Shown: positions 1-9,779 of the stretch, one piece after another
Position numbering within the stretch: position 1 is the first letter of the stretch
Layout: the number at the start of each line of letters is the position of its first letter
Source of the DNA: an uncultured Bdellovibrionales bacterium
GTDB taxonomy: Bacteria > Patescibacteriota > Minisyncoccia > Moranbacterales > UBA1568
Length of the DNA stretch: 64,000 nt
Direction of reading: 5' to 3'
Assembly (NCBI GenBank): GCA_964594215.1
Contig: CAZQLN010000002.1
Span: 105,855-169,854, forward strand
Made by a program: the position numbers and the translations under genes
The notes under the pieces: model-generated
What the model was told of the DNA's origin: nothing
What the model saw: the letters and a program-made list of their open reading frames with translations, nothing else
Database searches by the model: none

Positions 1-740
1 TCAATTCGCTCACTTCCAAGATATCCATTGATTTCTGCCACGTATTCTTCTAGAGTATAGCCATCTGTATGACCACGCTTATTCACTAAGTTACAGTTAT
101 AGACCACCTTCGCTTTGGAGCGACGTATAGCGTCGCTTATGCCCCCTACGAGTAGGTTGGGGATGATACTACAAACATGGTTGCCTGGTCCAAGTACAAT
201 CAGATCCGCCTCTAAAATTTTCTCAATAGCTCGCGGATTAGCAACTGCCTTTGGTTTTAGGAAAGCTTTTTTTATCCCGACCCTTCCAAGTCGTTTAGAG
301 GTGTTGATTTCATGCTCACCCGAAAGAATAGTGCCGTCTGTAAGCTCTACTCGAAGGCTCGTGTCTGTCCCTGTAACCGGTACCACCTCACCGGTCACGT
401 TGAGTATCTGAGCAGCTTCTTGAACGCCAAGAGCAAACTTCCCAGTGACTTTTTCCAGAGCTGAAAGGAAGAGATTACCAAAACTATGGCCCTTGAGAGC
501 TCCCTCCTGAAAACGATAATTCATGAGATCTCGAAGCATATCAGAAGAACGCGAAAGAGCTACCAGACACTGACGGACATCTCCTGGTGGCAACACACCT
601 AGTTCATCACGTAATACTCCCGTTGATCCGCCATCATCAGCCATAGAGACAATGGCTGTTATCTCTACAGGATACTCACGCAAACCAGAGAGGAGCATGA
701 AACTACCTGTTCCCCCTCCGATTGTCACAATTTTTTTCAT
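1..740 (-). CDS. yvcK: YvcK/CofD-family (UPF0052) gluconeogenesis-factor-like protein; C-terminus runs off the window edge
   Basis: Minus-strand translation from the ATG at 738-740 reads MKKIVTIGGGTGSFMLLSGLREYPVEITAIVSMADDGGSTG... The GGGTG and DDGGS motifs are typical of CofD/YvcK. It is missing from the ORF track because there is no in-window stop. Confidence 0.8.
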   Translation of the reverse strand, partial: MKKIVTIGGGTGSFMLLSGLREYPVEITAIVSMADDGGSTGVLRDELGVLPPGDVRQCLVALSRSSDMLRDLMNYRFQEGALKGHSFGNLFLSALEKVTGKFALGVQEAAQILNVTGEVVPVTGTDTSLRVELTDGTILSGEHEINTSKRLGRVGIKKAFLKPKAVANPRAIEKILEADLIVLGPGNHVCSIIPNLLVGGISDAIRRSKAKVVYNCNLVNKRGHTDGYTLEEYVAEINGYLGSERI

Positions 741-773
741 AAGATATTTTGATAGCTTACCGCTATCGAACAG

Positions 774-844
774 TCGGGGCGCTGGGAATCGAACCCAGAC
801 TAAATGATCCCAAATCACTCGTACTACCACTATACTACGCCCCG
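774..844 (-). tRNA. tRNA-Pro, anticodon UGG
   Basis: Hand-folded cloverleaf on the minus strand: acceptor CGGGGCG/CGCCCCG, T-arm CTGGG-TTCGATT-CCCAG, anticodon stem AGTGA/TCATT with loop TTTGGGA (anticodon TGG), 3-bp D stem. Confidence 0.8.
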
Positions 845-926
845 ATTTTAAAACGACCCTCTATAAAACACAGTTTATTCTAGCCAAGAAACGCTCCTGA
901 GTCAACCAAATAAGCCTAAAACAAAA

Positions 927-950
927 ATCCTCTACTGGAGAGGATTTTTG
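927..950. terminator. Bidirectional intrinsic terminator hairpin downstream of hup
   Basis: Stem atcctct-actgg-agaggat flanked by A-run and T-run. Confidence 0.5.
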
Positions 951-1003
951 TTCTATCTTTTTGTTTGATAGTAAAGGATTTTTAGAAGATCCCCTACTTG
1001 GGA

Positions 1004-1285
1004 CTATTTTACAGCCTCTTTCAAAGTTTTACCAGCAGTGAACTTAGGCACTGTCATGGCTGGGATAGTGATTTTGGCCTTCGTTTGAGGGTTGATACCT
1101 TCACGTTGGGCACGTTCTGAAACCTTGAAAGTTCCAAAACCAGTCAATGTTACTTTGTTACCCTTCTGGAGTTCACCAGTGATAACATCGAGCATGCATT
1201 CGAGGACTGCTTCTATATCCTTCTTAGAAAGATCAGTTTTGTCTACGATTGCATGAACAAGCATTTCGCGATTAACGTTTTTCAT
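1004..1285 (-). CDS. hup: HU-family nucleoid DNA-binding protein
   Basis: 93 aa, MKNVNREMLVHAIVDKTDLSKKDIEAVLE...GFGTFKV...R.GINP.T; classic HU/IHF fold signature. Confidence 0.9.
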   Translation of the reverse strand: MKNVNREMLVHAIVDKTDLSKKDIEAVLECMLDVITGELQKGNKVTLTGFGTFKVSERAQREGINPQTKAKITIPAMTVPKFTAGKTLKEAVK

Positions 1286-1511
1286 GTTTGTTCACCTGCC
1301 TTTCTAGTTTAGCCTTTTCTTTTTTGTGTCCCTGCCCGAAAGAAAATTTCGTTCAGGCGGGCGTACGCACGGGAGCAAAAAAGGGAAAGTGCAAGTTAGC
1401 TTCAAGCTCCTCTAGAGAAGCTCTTTCCTCCTGCACTGATATTAAGCCTTTTTTTTGAAAGATGCAAGAGATAAGCCATTTTTTATCCACAGCCCTTTCT
1501 TAAGCCATTTT

Positions 1512-3032
1512 CTAACGAGCGTACTCTACAGCACGAGTTTCCCGGAAAACATTCACCTTGATTTCACCAGGGAATTTCAACTCTTCTTGAATTTTTTTGG
1601 CAATATCACGAGCTAATTTCATGGCTCCGTAATCATCGGTCTTTTCTGGATTGACAAAGATACGCACTTCACGGCCAGCCTGGATAGCATAAGACTTCTC
1701 GACCTCCGGAAAGGTGTTGATAAGAGCTTCAAGCTCCTGTAAACGCTTGATATACTTCTCAGCTGTTTCCTTACGAGCACCCGGACGAGCAGCTGACAAA
1801 GCATCTGCGGCGGTTACGATAAAAGCTTCAATAGTCTGATGAGGGTATTCATCGTGATGGCACTTCATGGCATCAATCACATCCTGGCCTACCCCAAATT
1901 TCTCAAGAATACGCATACCGATTTTGACATGAGTCCCCTCAATTTCATGATCAACCGCCTTACCAATATCATGGAGAAGTCCGGCCTTTTTAGCGCAACT
2001 GACATCAGCTCCCAGTTCAGCCGCCAATGCTCCGGCCAGATAGGAGACTTCTAGTGAATGGAGTAAGACATTCTGCTTATAGCTATAACGATAGCGTAGT
2101 CTCCCTAAGATATAGAGGAGTTTTGGATGAAGTCCCGGAATACCGGCATCAAAGGCAGCAGCATCGCCAGCTTCTTTGACTTTCTGGTCTAATTCTTTCT
2201 TAGCTTCTTCCACAGCTTCTTCGATACGCGCCGGATGGATACGGCCATCTGAGACAAGCTTCTCTAGAGCAATACGAGCGATCTCGCGACGCACTGGATC
2301 AAAACCAGAGATGATGACCGACTCTGGGGTGTCATCAACAATCATTTCTACACCGGTTTCCTTTTCCAGGGCACGAATATTGCGCCCTTCTTTACCGATA
2401 ATCTTACCCTTTACTTCATCAGAAGGGATAGAGACCGTAGTAGTTGTAAACTCAGAAACGTGTGAACGAGAGTACTTGTGAATGATAGTCGCCATGATGT
2501 TGAGCGAGCGTTTCTCAAGCTCTTCATGAGCATCATGCTCAAGACGGGTCATACGCTTCACCAAGGCCTCCTTACTCTCCTCTTCTACCAGACGAAGAAG
2601 TTCTGCAGCGGCCTGCTCCTTAGAAAGACTGGCGATTTCAGATAATTTCCCAGCTTCTTTCTCACGAATCTCTTCAGCTTCTTTTTGAATTTCTTTGATT
2701 TGTTCCGCTTTTTCCATTAAACGACGCTTCTCTGCATCAATACCCTGATTCTGCTCTTCAATTTGTTGTTCTTTCTTTTCGAGACGATCTTCTTGACTGT
2801 GTAGTTTCTCGAGACGCTTACTCTCTTCTTTTTTAGCGTCTTCCAAAATTTGCAATGCCTGATTTTTAGCATCCAGAGTCAATGTCTGTACTTCCTTCTC
2901 GGCTTTATCAAGAATACGAGCTGCTTGAGCCTCCGCTGTGTTCAGCTGTTTTTTAGCGAGATACTGACGTACCAAGTAACCAAAAAGCAAACCGATGCCT
3001 AAGGCCACCAGACTAATAAGTGTGTTTTCCAT
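1512..3032 (-). CDS. rny: Ribonuclease Y
   Basis: 506 aa with N-terminal TM helix, long coiled coil, KH domain (IIGKEGRNIRALE) and HD domain (LLHDIGKAVDHE). Confidence 0.9.
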   Translation of the reverse strand: MENTLISLVALGIGLLFGYLVRQYLAKKQLNTAEAQAARILDKAEKEVQTLTLDAKNQALQILEDAKKEESKRLEKLHSQEDRLEKKEQQIEEQNQGIDAEKRRLMEKAEQIKEIQKEAEEIREKEAGKLSEIASLSKEQAAAELLRLVEEESKEALVKRMTRLEHDAHEELEKRSLNIMATIIHKYSRSHVSEFTTTTVSIPSDEVKGKIIGKEGRNIRALEKETGVEMIVDDTPESVIISGFDPVRREIARIALEKLVSDGRIHPARIEEAVEEAKKELDQKVKEAGDAAAFDAGIPGLHPKLLYILGRLRYRYSYKQNVLLHSLEVSYLAGALAAELGADVSCAKKAGLLHDIGKAVDHEIEGTHVKIGMRILEKFGVGQDVIDAMKCHHDEYPHQTIEAFIVTAADALSAARPGARKETAEKYIKRLQELEALINTFPEVEKSYAIQAGREVRIFVNPEKTDDYGAMKLARDIAKKIQEELKFPGEIKVNVFRETRAVEYAR

Positions 3033-3310
3033 AGTAGAGAAACACCCGACCGAAATAATGAAGAGAGAATCTTGTAGACACCCAAACGCGACAAAAACAC
3101 CTATTTCTCTATACCTAAGCCCTTAAGTGATGATGATGCGTAAAAATGAAACTTCACAAGAATGAAAATTTTCTGATAGTTATTCCGAGCAGGTGTGATA
3201 ATAAGTAAATTACCCTGCAACCCCATGATAGCTCGCCTCATCCCCTTTTGTCAAAAGGCTCTACAAAGTGCTAAACTAGGCATACATACTAACACCCAAA
3301 ACAAATACAC

Positions 3311-4876
3311 ATGTATCGTCCGCTCGTTTTGATAGTGCTTGATGGCTGGGGTCTCAGCAACAGTACTCAGGGCAACCCTATTCGAGAGGCTACCCTTCCG
3401 ACTTTTGATACCCTCAACCGCTATTATCCCATGACCACCCTCCAGGCCTCGGGTATTTCTGTTGGTCTTCCCTGGAACACAGCCGGCAACAGCGAGGTGG
3501 GTCACATGACTATGGGGGCTGGTAGAGTTATCTACCAAAACTTACCTCGTATCTCACTAGCTATCCAGGATGAGAGCTTTTTCAAGAATCCTGTTCTTCT
3601 TGACGCTCTCGAAGCTGCCGAGAAGAAAGGTGCCAAAGTTCACCTCATGGGACTTGTGAGCTCAGGCAGCGTTCATGCTCACCGAGATCATATAAGCGCC
3701 CTCTTCCGTCTTGGCAAACAGGTAGGCGTTAGTCAGATGTTTCTCCATGCTTTTACTGATGGGCGCGATTCTGCTCCCACAGCTGGTATCCAGACTATTA
3801 AGGACGTTCTCCGTGAAATGCACACTGGTGGCATGGGCAAGCTGGCTAGTATTTCTGGACGCAACTATGCCATGGACCGTAATAACAACTGGGATCGGAT
3901 CGCCAGAACGTATAAGCTTCTTACCGAAGGTATTGGTGAACAAACCGCTGACCCCCTGCTCTATCTTGAACAAAGCTATGTCCGAGGAGTAACCGATGAG
4001 TATATCGAACCCACTCTTATCACCGAAAATAGTCGTCCCATCGCCCTGATTGAAGATGGTGATACTGTAATCTTCTTCAACTTCCGCGAAGATCGTGCTC
4101 GTGAACTCGCTAAGGCCTTTGTCTCAGATCCTTTTGATGGTTTTGCTCGCCAGAAAAAAGATCTCCACTTCGTCACCTTTACTGAATACGAACAACACCT
4201 TGGAGCCTTTGTTGCTTTTGAACCAGAAAATATCAATGGTAGTCTTGGCGAAGTTCTCTCTCAGTATGAAAAAACTCAACTTCGCTTAGCCGAAACCGAA
4301 AAATACGCTCACGTCACCTACTTTTTCAATGGAGGTAAGGAAAAGCCTTTTCCAAACGAAGACCGTATTCTGATACCTTCACCCACTGTTGCTCATTTTG
4401 ATGAGATCCCCGAGATGAGCTCCCCTCAAATTACCGAGGCCCTAGTCAAGGCGGTTCTCAGTAACAAGTATGATTTTATTCTGGTCAATTATGCCAATCC
4501 AGATATGGTTGGTCACACTGGCAATGAGCCCGCCGCTATCGAAGCAGTAGAGGCTACCGATAAAAGCCTCTCTATCGTTATTCCAGCTATTCTCAAATCT
4601 GGTGGCGCTATGATTATTACCGCCGATCATGGCAATGTAGAAGAAATCACTCGTATCGCTACTGGCGAAATAGACACTGAACACTCAAGTAATCCTATTC
4701 CCCTATGGTATCTCACTCCTGATAATCAGCGTGAAAAAACAGCTGATCAAATGATGCGTGAACAAAATCAGGTTAATGGACTCCTCTCTGATGTAGCTCC
4801 AACCATTCTTGAAATTCTTGATATTCCCAAACCGACTGTTATGAACGGTACTAGCCTTCTCGACTTATTAAAATAG
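3311..4876 (+). CDS. gpmI: 2,3-bisphosphoglycerate-independent phosphoglycerate mutase
   Basis: 521 aa, LIVLDGWGLS N-terminus and ADHGN metal-binding motif typical of iPGM. Confidence 0.9.
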   Translation: MYRPLVLIVLDGWGLSNSTQGNPIREATLPTFDTLNRYYPMTTLQASGISVGLPWNTAGNSEVGHMTMGAGRVIYQNLPRISLAIQDESFFKNPVLLDALEAAEKKGAKVHLMGLVSSGSVHAHRDHISALFRLGKQVGVSQMFLHAFTDGRDSAPTAGIQTIKDVLREMHTGGMGKLASISGRNYAMDRNNNWDRIARTYKLLTEGIGEQTADPLLYLEQSYVRGVTDEYIEPTLITENSRPIALIEDGDTVIFFNFREDRARELAKAFVSDPFDGFARQKKDLHFVTFTEYEQHLGAFVAFEPENINGSLGEVLSQYEKTQLRLAETEKYAHVTYFFNGGKEKPFPNEDRILIPSPTVAHFDEIPEMSSPQITEALVKAVLSNKYDFILVNYANPDMVGHTGNEPAAIEAVEATDKSLSIVIPAILKSGGAMIITADHGNVEEITRIATGEIDTEHSSNPIPLWYLTPDNQREKTADQMMREQNQVNGLLSDVAPTILEILDIPKPTVMNGTSLLDLLK

Positions 4877-5000
4877 CTTGCCCCGTTAGAAGTAACCGGG
4901 ATGCCTGACTTATCCTAAACTATAAAAAATAAAACCTCCTTCTTGCTTTGTGAAAGCTTAAAAAACTTCCTTACTTCTAACGGGGTAAAAAATTAAAAAG

Positions 5001-5033
5001 GCCCGGAAGAATTTCTTCTCCCGGGCTTTTTTG
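5001..5033. terminator. Bidirectional intrinsic terminator between gpmI and the GC-rich gene
   Basis: gcccgg-aagaatttcttc-ccgggc hairpin with A-run upstream and TTTTTT downstream. Confidence 0.65.
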
Positions 5034-5059
5034 TATGGTCAGTTGACCATAATGATTTA

Positions 5060-5533
5060 CTAGGCCGCCATGAGCTTCTTCGAAGCATACGATACCTGCC
5101 GCTCACGAATCTGAGTGAGCTCATAGCGCATATGCGCAGTGAGTTCACCTTCGCGACCCATGAATGTCTTTTCGAGAAGGTTGACGATCTCGTTCGAACG
5201 AGCTCCGATAGGCCGGAGCAGATCGAGCATATGCCGAGCCATCGCCAGCCGGCTCCAAGGATTGGAGTAACCGTTGCGGTCGAAACGTTCGACAATATAG
5301 TCGAGTGTCTCATCGGCGATTTCCCGACGCTCATCAGCGCCAGGCTTGCCGTCATAGGCGTACGAGTCCTGAATCTTGGCAAGGACTCCCCTGACGCGAG
5401 CGTCGAGATCAGCCCGATGTATAGTGGCCGCCTGATAGGTCGTCATCAACTTGCATTTGATCGAAACGACCTTCGCAGCCTTTGCGGCGGCAATCTTCTG
5501 AGCGCGGGTTGGGCTCTTCTCACGTTTTGCCAT
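5060..5533 (-). CDS. Hypothetical basic protein (about 157 aa from MAKREKSPTR...), GC-rich relative to surroundings
   Basis: ORF 5060..5578; an internal ATG is preceded by a gaggaagaaaaggaag Shine-Dalgarno and is the likely start. Hand-counted GC is about 57% versus about 40% in flanks. No recognisable family. Confidence 0.5.
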   Translation of the reverse strand: MAKREKSPTRAQKIAAAKAAKVVSIKCKLMTTYQAATIHRADLDARVRGVLAKIQDSYAYDGKPGADERREIADETLDYIVERFDRNGYSNPWSRLAMARHMLDLLRPIGARSNEIVNLLEKTFMGREGELTAHMRYELTQIRERQVSYASKKLMAA

Positions 5534-5642
5534 TGTATTCTTCCTTTTCTTCCTCGGTTGATACTCGGAGTCTTGCATGCCGATAAACTCTGAGTACCAC
5601 CGAAAAAGAATGAAAGATTTGATTGTTAATGTTCAACTTGCC

Positions 5643-5671
5643 ATTATACTCCTATTTCTACATTTTGTCAA
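5643..5671 (-). promoter_or_regulatory. Consensus sigma70 promoter (TTGACA-17-TATAAT) for the 5060..5533 gene
   Basis: Minus strand reads TTGACAaaatgtagaaataggagTATAAT; 25 of 29 nt identical to the promoter at 11850-11878. Confidence 0.6.
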
Positions 5672-5789
5672 TAGTATAATCTGGTTATTTGCTTTATTTA
5701 AAGCATTGAAATATAAATATCACTATCTAAGCCATTTTTAAGGTATCAAAAAACCCCTTAACAGGGGCTTTCATGCTATGCTGGTTCTT

Positions 5790-6368
5790 CTAACGAATCA
5801 CTTTGTCCACTATACCGTATTTCACGGCTTCCTCAGCAGACATATAGTAATCTCGCTCTGTATCCTGCTCTATTTTAGCCACTTTTTGACCAGTGTGTTT
5901 GACAAGAATTTTATTCAAACGATCACGAGTTTTCAGAATATGCTTGGCATGAATATCAATATCCGTAGCCTGACCCTGAACTCCTCCAAGTACCTGATGA
6001 ATCATCACTTCGGCATTTGGCAAAATCATTCGCTTCCCTTTGGTTCCGGCCGAAAGAAGGACTGAAGCCGCTGAGGCTGCCATCCCAATACAGATAGTCT
6101 GCACCGGTGATTTGACATACTGCATGGTGTCATAGATAGCCAGTGCTGATGTCACCTGACCCCCGGGTGAATTGATATACATCTTGATATCTTCTTTTTG
6201 GTTTTCTGATTCCAAGAAAAGCAACTGGGCGATCACCGCGTTAGCAACATCGTCATCTATGGGTGAACCAATAAATACGATACGATCTTTGAGGAGACGT
6301 GAGTAGATATCATAAGCTCGCTCTCCCTGAGGAGACTTCTCAACTACCATGGGAATCAAAGTGCTCAT
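5790..6368 (-). CDS. clpP: ATP-dependent Clp protease proteolytic subunit
   Basis: 192 aa, YINSPGG...S...M..H catalytic-triad context typical of ClpP. Confidence 0.9.
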   Translation of the reverse strand: MSTLIPMVVEKSPQGERAYDIYSRLLKDRIVFIGSPIDDDVANAVIAQLLFLESENQKEDIKMYINSPGGQVTSALAIYDTMQYVKSPVQTICIGMAASAASVLLSAGTKGKRMILPNAEVMIHQVLGGVQGQATDIDIHAKHILKTRDRLNKILVKHTGQKVAKIEQDTERDYYMSAEEAVKYGIVDKVIR

Positions 6369-6390
6369 ACTCGTAAACGTTATGATTTAG

Positions 6391-7683
6391 TTACTTCAAC
6401 TTCTCGAGAAATTCAAGGGTTTTACGATTTTGGAGTTGCTCACGTACAGCCGTATAGAGACGCGGAAGATCTATTTTCTTTTCTGCATCTTCAACATTCT
6501 TATAATACTGCATCGTCTTATTGATCTCCTCCTCAATCTCTTCGTTCTCAACGACAATCTCTTCATCCTTCGCCACGGCCTGTAAAACAAGCTCTGCAGC
6601 AATGCGCTTCTTAGCTTGTGGACTCCATTCTTTGCGAACGTCATCTTCGGTCTTGCCCATACGAGTGAGATACTCTGTAAAATCCATGCCCATCATTTCT
6701 GCCTGAGAGGCAAATTCTCGAAGCATTCGACTTTCTTCTTCGTGGACCAACACCTCAGGATACTCAAGAGTCGTACTCGCTACTAAGGCATCGAGGATTT
6801 GGACTCGACGATCTTCGAGAGCCTTCGCTTTTTGTTCCTCCTCAATACCTATCCGAATATTTTTCTTCAGTTCATCTAGAGTTTCAAACTTCCCTAGAGT
6901 TTTTACAAATTCATCAGTCAATTCAGGTACTTGTTTTTCTTGAACAGCGCGCAAAGTAACCGTGAACTCAGCCGGCTTACCGGCTAAGTGTTTTGCATGA
7001 TACTCAGTTGGAAAAACAAGACTAAACGTTTTAGTTTCTCCAGCTTCCATACCAAGTACTTCTTCCTCAAAGCCAGGAATAAAAGTGTTACTTCCCAAAA
7101 CAAGCGGATGATTATCACTCTTACCACCCTCAATAACCACTCCATCTTGCTTGACTTCGAAGTCAACGAGTGCAGTATCGCCTTCCTTAGCAGCACGCGC
7201 CACCGTGACTAATGGTGCCCTCATCTCAGTCAAACGCTTAAGTTCAGCTTCCACTTCAGCATCATCAACGCCAAGTTTCTGCTTATCAGCTTCTTGATTG
7301 ATTTTCTTGATTGTCTTTCGCCATTCCCCCAAAACCACCGTTGGCATCACATCGGTCTCTACCACATAGACCAAAGGTTCACCTTCTTTAAACTGTTCCA
7401 ATTTTACGGCTGGATGACCGATAGCTTCGATATTTTCTTGGTTCAAAACCTTTGGGTATGAATGACTCACCGCGTGCTCTGCTGCTTCAGCTAACACAGC
7501 TTCGCGACCAAAACGCTGTTCTACGACAGCTTTTGGTACTTTACCTTTACGAAAACCTGGTAACTTCACATTCTTAGCCATCTCAGTAGATGCGTGCTCA
7601 ATCTCTTTCTGCCAATCTTCCCATGGCAGAGTAATAGTAAGCTCTATTCGAGAGGCGGGGAGTTGTTTCTTAGTAATCTGCAT
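6391..7683 (-). CDS. tig: Trigger factor
   Basis: 430 aa; ribosome-binding N-domain (GFRKGKVP), FKBP-like PPIase middle domain and C-terminal domain. Confidence 0.9.
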   Translation of the reverse strand: MQITKKQLPASRIELTITLPWEDWQKEIEHASTEMAKNVKLPGFRKGKVPKAVVEQRFGREAVLAEAAEHAVSHSYPKVLNQENIEAIGHPAVKLEQFKEGEPLVYVVETDVMPTVVLGEWRKTIKKINQEADKQKLGVDDAEVEAELKRLTEMRAPLVTVARAAKEGDTALVDFEVKQDGVVIEGGKSDNHPLVLGSNTFIPGFEEEVLGMEAGETKTFSLVFPTEYHAKHLAGKPAEFTVTLRAVQEKQVPELTDEFVKTLGKFETLDELKKNIRIGIEEEQKAKALEDRRVQILDALVASTTLEYPEVLVHEEESRMLREFASQAEMMGMDFTEYLTRMGKTEDDVRKEWSPQAKKRIAAELVLQAVAKDEEIVVENEEIEEEINKTMQYYKNVEDAEKKIDLPRLYTAVREQLQNRKTLEFLEKLK

Positions 7684-7707
7684 AATTTCTAATACGTTAC
7701 AGTCTGA

Positions 7708-8241
7708 TTATTGCTGTGGGAATTTTTCGTTATAGAGAGAGCGTGAACGCACAATAGCTTCATGAGCCTGTTCTTTCTCATGGAAACCTTTTACCTCGAC
7801 TACCTTATTGTCGATAGTTTTGTAAGTTTCAAAGAAGTGACGCATCTCCTTTAAGGTATAGGGGTTAACATCTTTGAGAGTGAGTACTGCATCAAAACGA
7901 GGGTCGCTCGCTGGCACGGCGATCATCTTGTCATCACTGTCACCACCATCAATCATAGTCATGATACCGACTGGACGAGCCTCAACCAAGATGCCGGGAG
8001 CCAATGGATACGTAGTAAGAAGAACCACATCAAGGGCGTCTCCATCATCCCACAATGTTTGTGGAACAAAACCATAATCAAAAGGATAGTCCTGTGAAGT
8101 TTTCATCGCTCGATCAAGTTTGATCAGACCAGTTTCCTTGTCTATCTCATACTTGTTTTTGGTGCCTTTTGGACACTCAATGATCACATTTACGGTTTCT
8201 GGTATATTGTCACCTGCTGAAATATCGTGCCACAAGTTCAT
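7708..8241 (-). CDS. ppa: Inorganic pyrophosphatase (family I)
   Basis: 177 aa; family-I soluble PPase signature around DGDPLDVLV-like motif (DGDALDVVLL). Confidence 0.9.
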   Translation of the reverse strand: MNLWHDISAGDNIPETVNVIIECPKGTKNKYEIDKETGLIKLDRAMKTSQDYPFDYGFVPQTLWDDGDALDVVLLTTYPLAPGILVEARPVGIMTMIDGGDSDDKMIAVPASDPRFDAVLTLKDVNPYTLKEMRHFFETYKTIDNKVVEVKGFHEKEQAHEAIVRSRSLYNEKFPQQ

Positions 8242-8282
8242 ATTTTTGTTATTTAAGAATGAATAAAAATACCGAAAAGAAA

Positions 8283-9578
8283 TTATGCTTCTGTTTCTTC
8301 TGAAGCTACTTCTTCTGCAACCATTTCCGTTTCTAGAACAGCTTCATCAGCCACCCCTTCCTCAATAGACTCAGCTGATTCTTCGACAACTGGCTCGTCA
8401 CTAGTTACATCAAGTTTCCAGCCAGTGAGCTTAGCAGCCAGACGAACGTTTTGGCCGCGCTTACCAATAGCCAGAGAAAGCTGGTCATGAGGTACAGTCA
8501 CTACCGCACGCATCTCATCTTCGAAAAGTTCCACTTTAAGTACCTTGGCTGGTGATAGGGCAGCACTGATAAATTTGATAGCATCTTCGTTCCATTCGAT
8601 AATGTCAATTTTTTCGCCACCCAGTTCATCGATAATAGCCTGAACACGGGTTCCCTTTTGACCAACACAAGATCCAATCGGATCAACACCTTCTTCAGAG
8701 GTAGCCACCGCAATCTTGGTACGACTACCAGCTTCACGAGAAATAGCTTTGATCTGGACAGTTCCTGTGAAAATCTCAGGTACCTCAAGGGTGAAGAGAT
8801 GCTCTACCATTTGTGGGTGAGTACGAGACAGGAGAAGGCCAGGACCTTTGGTATCAGATTCTACACGAACAAGAAATACTTTGAGATGCTGTCCGACACG
8901 ATAGTTCTCACCTTCTATTTGCTCTGATGGAAAAAGAATTCCCACTGATTTACCAAGATCAACAAACACATTACGACCCTCAACACGCTGTACGATTCCA
9001 TTGACCACTTGACCTTCTTTTTCTTTGTATTCTTCGAACATGGTCTCCCGTTCAGCTTCTCGAATACGCTGAATGATAACTTGTTTAGCAGTCTGTGCAG
9101 CTACGCGCCCGAAAGTGTCTTGACTCTCAAGCTCCATATCAATAGTCTCGCCTACCTTAACCCCCTTCTTCAACTTTTTGGCATCAGCCAAAGTGATGTC
9201 ACGCTCACGATTAAAACGCGGGAGTTTTCCTTCTTCTACTTCATAGTCTTCACGAACACCATCTCCTTGAGCCTCTTCTCCCTCTTCCACTTCTTCAACA
9301 AATTCACGAGTAGTCTCATCAACCACTTCTTTGACCAAGAAAAAAGAAGCGCTCTTTGCTACTTCATCAAAATGAGCACGAATCACCTGACCCTTCTTAC
9401 CGTAGTCTTTCTTGTAAGCAGCTGCTAGCGCAGCCTCGACTACTTCAAGTACACGTTCTTTGGAAAGACCTTTCTCATCAGCAATTTGCATGACAGCACT
9501 TCCGAATTCGCCAAGGCGTCCCGAGAGACTTCCTTGTTCTTCGTTATTTTCTTCTGCCTGTATTTTCTTTTTCGGCAT
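8283..9578 (-). CDS. nusA: Transcription termination/antitermination factor NusA
   Basis: N-terminal NusA domain (SKERVLEVVEAALAAAYKK), S1 and two KH domains, acidic C-terminus. ORF track gives 8283..9710; the 44-aa N-terminal extension is not NusA-like, so the start is probably the MPKKKIQ ATG at about 9578. Confidence 0.85.
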   Translation of the reverse strand: MPKKKIQAEENNEEQGSLSGRLGEFGSAVMQIADEKGLSKERVLEVVEAALAAAYKKDYGKKGQVIRAHFDEVAKSASFFLVKEVVDETTREFVEEVEEGEEAQGDGVREDYEVEEGKLPRFNRERDITLADAKKLKKGVKVGETIDMELESQDTFGRVAAQTAKQVIIQRIREAERETMFEEYKEKEGQVVNGIVQRVEGRNVFVDLGKSVGILFPSEQIEGENYRVGQHLKVFLVRVESDTKGPGLLLSRTHPQMVEHLFTLEVPEIFTGTVQIKAISREAGSRTKIAVATSEEGVDPIGSCVGQKGTRVQAIIDELGGEKIDIIEWNEDAIKFISAALSPAKVLKVELFEDEMRAVVTVPHDQLSLAIGKRGQNVRLAAKLTGWKLDVTSDEPVVEESAESIEEGVADEAVLETEMVAEEVASEETEA

Positions 9579-9720
9579 AGTATTTGAGTAATAAAAATTA
9601 AGATTTCTTAAAAAACTGGGTTTTCGTAAAAGAAAAGGCTCGCTTCCGCGAACCATACTCCGATATTCCAGTAACATAGCCATCATAGCGCTTTTTAGGG
9701 CTTTCGTCAATAGCTCTATA

Positions 9721-9758
9721 AAAAGAAAAAGGGCGGGTTATCCGAAGATAAACCCGCC
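9721..9758 (-). terminator. Intrinsic terminator ending the GC-rich two-gene operon
   Basis: gggcgggtt-loop-aacccgccc stem followed on the minus strand by TTTTTCTTT. Confidence 0.55.
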
Positions 9759-9779
9759 CCTCTGAGCATTTTCGAGATG

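Noticed and set aside
115-411. 98-aa plus-strand ORF in the ORF track
   Set aside because: It lies antisense inside the clearly recognisable YvcK/CofD-family gene on the minus strand (GGGTG and DDGGS motifs) and has no protein-like features.
1286-1511. Possible terminator hairpin gcccg...cgggc between hup and rny
   Set aside because: The stem is short and imperfect and has no adjacent U-tract on either strand, so it is not reported as a feature.
5132-5593. 153-aa plus-strand ORF overlapping the GC-rich 5060..5533 gene
   Set aside because: It is antisense to an ORF that has a consensus promoter, a Shine-Dalgarno and a terminator. The high GC lengthens spurious antisense ORFs.
9579-9710. 44-aa N-terminal extension of the nusA ORF
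   Set aside because: The extension (MTKALKSAMMAMLLEYRSM...) is not NusA-like. NusA homology starts right after the internal MPKKKIQ start.
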